A stretch of 63,901 bases of DNA, filler included, from Chiloscyllium plagiosum (lineage: Eukaryota): assembly GCF_004010195.1 (NCBI RefSeq). It is 5 parts of 2 records of this genome, joined end to end, with 100 filler letters (N's around TTAATTAATTAA, not from the genome) between each part and the next. Parts side by side here need not be neighbours in the genome. Positions count along the whole stretch, not along the records: positions 61,392 to 63,901 come from NC_057714.1; 4 more parts are not named here. One strand, 5' to 3'. The stretch's first letter is position 1; the number at the start of each line of letters is the position of its first letter. The notes under the pieces are model-generated. The model saw only the letters and a program-made list of their open reading frames with translations, ran no database searches and had not been told where the DNA came from. Shown piece after piece: positions 61,392-63,901 of this stretch. Position numbers and translations under genes: made by a program.

Positions 61392-63901
61392 AAAGATAAA
61401 GGCAAAACTTTTAGAATTAGCAAATAACTTAGATTTGTGTTTCACCAAGAACAAGAGCAAAGCTGAAATTGTCAGGAAATTACTCAAACACAAAGTTATG
61501 TCAGAGAATCAATTACAATTAAAAAAAATTACAATTCAAGAAAATTCAGTTTAAAAATAAACGAAAGGAAAGAGACAGAGAAAGAAGAAAGAGAAAGCAA
61601 GAGAGAAGAGAGAGAAAAAAGAGAGAAGTTTTGTAGCTGAGCAAAGAGAGAGAGAGAGAAGAAAAGGCGAGAGAAAGAGAAAGAACGTGCTTAGCTGAGC
61701 AAAAAGAGAGCCAATTTGCACTTGTGAAGTTGCGATTTAGTTAGCAAAGTCAAGTTAACATGATGGAGATTAAAAGGGACATTAGTGACATATATAACTA
61801 TGTCAAAACTCTGCCACATTTTGATGAGAAGGATGTTGAGGCCTTCTTTATTTCATTGAAAAATTGGCTCGGCAGATGGAGTGGTCTGAGGATTTATGGG
61901 TAATGCTACTTCGGAGAAAGCTGTTCGGCAGAGCTCGAGAAGTATTCGCTGCGCTGTCAGATGAGAGGGTCAAGAGATTATGAAAACGTCAAATAACGTG
62001 TTTTATGTGCTTACGAATTGGTACGGGAAGAATATTGATAGCAGTTCGGAAACATAAACAAGGAACCAAATCAGCCTTATGTTGAATTTGAAAGAATTAA
62101 ACATAGGCATTTTGATAGATGGGTGCAGGTTTTAAAGACAGATAAGACCTATGAGACTCTAAGGGAGATTATGCTGCTGGAGGAGTTTAAAAACTCACTT
62201 CCAGAGATGATAATAATTCACGTGGAGGAACAGAAGGTTCAGGAATTGAAAAGGGTAGGAGAATTAGCAGATGAATGCATGTTGCTGCATAAGACAGGCT
62301 TCCTGCCAGAATTTCGTCCTGTGAGAGATAGAATTTTGGAGATGGGGAGATGCTACACTATAAAACAAAGAGTAGAGAATAAGAGTTTACCACAGATTAA
62401 AGAAGATGCCCAAGAGAGTGGAAAGGAGGCGAAAGCCCTGAGCAGTTTTCATTGTAATGGAAGGGGACACAGAAAATTCTGCTGCCCGTGGTTTCAGATG
62501 GGCATTGGGAAAAGATGTTTCCACTGATGAGGAGGGATATATATGGACACAATGCTGATCGTTAAGAAAAGGACTGTGGGAAAAGATGTGGTAAAAGAAG
62601 GTAAGTCAGTGGCATCAGTGAAAGTCTTAAAGGAGACCCCAACAAGAGCCGAGGAGCGACAGGAAAGTGCACAGCCTCGGCAGGGGCGGGGTATGGAGTT
62701 AGTACCTAATCTCTATAAAGAATTCACCTCTGTGACTAAAGTGTACTCAGAAATAAGTGGGGTAGAAGGGCAAGAAGTTATAATTTTGAGATACATGAAT
62801 TTATCAGTCGCTAATAGAAACAGAAGAACGAATTTGCAGTCTTTCTAATCTGTTACCAGAGAGTATATTAATTTATGGGAAAGATGGACAGAAATTTAGC
62901 GTTCCCCTATGTAAGATCAGGTTGGAGTGCCTACTCAAGACTGGGGAAGTTACAGTGGGAATGATTGACAGAGTGTCAGATTCACGAATCCAGTTTGTTC
63001 TTGGGAATGATTTAGCAGGGTCCAAGTTGGGAGGGACACCCCTCGTTGTGGAGAAGCCCAAGGAAGACCAAGAAAGTGACGAGCTAAATCAGAAATATCC
63101 TGGTATTTTCCCAGACTGTCCAGTAGCCAGATTGTGTTGTCAGTAGCATAGAGACAGGACGTTTTACGTGTAGCACATGAACTACCTGTAAGAGGTCACC
63201 TAGGGGTATGAAAGACTAATGCTAAGGGAGAAAACATTTTTATTGACCTGGAATGCACAAAGATGTGGTTAACTTTTGGCATATATGTCATTCATGCCAA
63301 ATACTAGGTAGGCCACGGACAGTAATGAAACTAACACCTCAGTTGCCAATTCCCCCATTCGAAGACCCCTTCATGTGGGTTATAAATGAGTGTATATGTC
63401 CCCTCCTGAAAAGTAGAGGAGAGAAAGAATTGGAGAAACAGATGGCAGTTACTGCCCCACAGAGTGAGGATCAAATTCAAATGTTTTGGATTTTGATGTG
63501 CCTCAAAATATGCGTAAAATGCAGAAGTCCTTGAGCAGTGGGTTAAGTTCGTAAGCTATCTGTCTCAGGAGCATAGAACGCAGCTGAAAGGATTGTTATT
63601 GCAGTATGAGGATATATGTAAGAATTATATGGAGGGGGACTAATGCTATTTTACATGAAGTAGACATAGAGAATACTGTTCTTATAAAACAGCACCCATA
63701 TCATCTTAATCCTCTCAAAGCCAGACAGATCCAGAAGGAGGTGGAGGCTATGCTCAGTGAGGACATTACCAAACAAAGCCAGAGCGAGTGGAACTCGCCG
63801 ATTATCTTAGTTCCCAAACTGAATGGGACTCAATGATTTTGCTTGTGTGAGAAACGAACCCACTTAATCAATAATTTTCAGTCCGAGGCAAAGAGTTCTG
63901 A
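61392..63901 (+). mobile_element. Decayed Gypsy LTR-retrotransposon with Gmr1-like order gag-PR-IN-RT
   Basis: Gag LPHFDEKDVEAFF..LREIMLLEEFKNSL; knuckle FHCNGRGH; protease end FVLGNDL; integrase HELPVRGHLG..CHSCQ (63165-63300); RT start KQHPYHLNP..SEWNSPIILVPK (63650-63836). Confidence 0.85.

Overview
Repeat-dominated eukaryotic (vertebrate) DNA with no intact protein-coding gene visible. The repeat mix (CR1-type LINEs, HE1/V-SINE-like SINEs, abundant Penelope-like elements) points to a cartilaginous fish, probably a shark; this is inference. The window is five contigs joined by artificial 100-nt linkers (N44-TTAATTAATTAA-N44), plus two ordinary N gaps. It holds many decayed CR1/L2 LINEs, L1 and Tx1 3' ends, a CR1 ORF1 (SGNH esterase), Gypsy relics including a Gmr1-order element, a solo LTR, SINEs, a TA-flanked MITE and simple repeats. 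The most notable signals are: (1) more than 15 minimal hammerhead-ribozyme motifs (CTGANGA-stem II-GAAA) carried by 3-4 Penelope-related families; (2) fold-back Penelope insertions of 0.2-2.2 kb that share a 14-bp target-site duplication, a 29-37 nt tail and an inverted terminal repeat; (3) an unclassified ~1.7-kb x4 composite tandem repeat capped by an LTR-like promoter end; (4) splice-site-bounded minus-strand segments with decayed WD40-like motifs (possible pseudogene), plus a few orphan candidate exons. Family names come from recognition by eye and need Dfam/Repbase/HMM confirmation; repeat boundaries are approximate unless a TSD is given.
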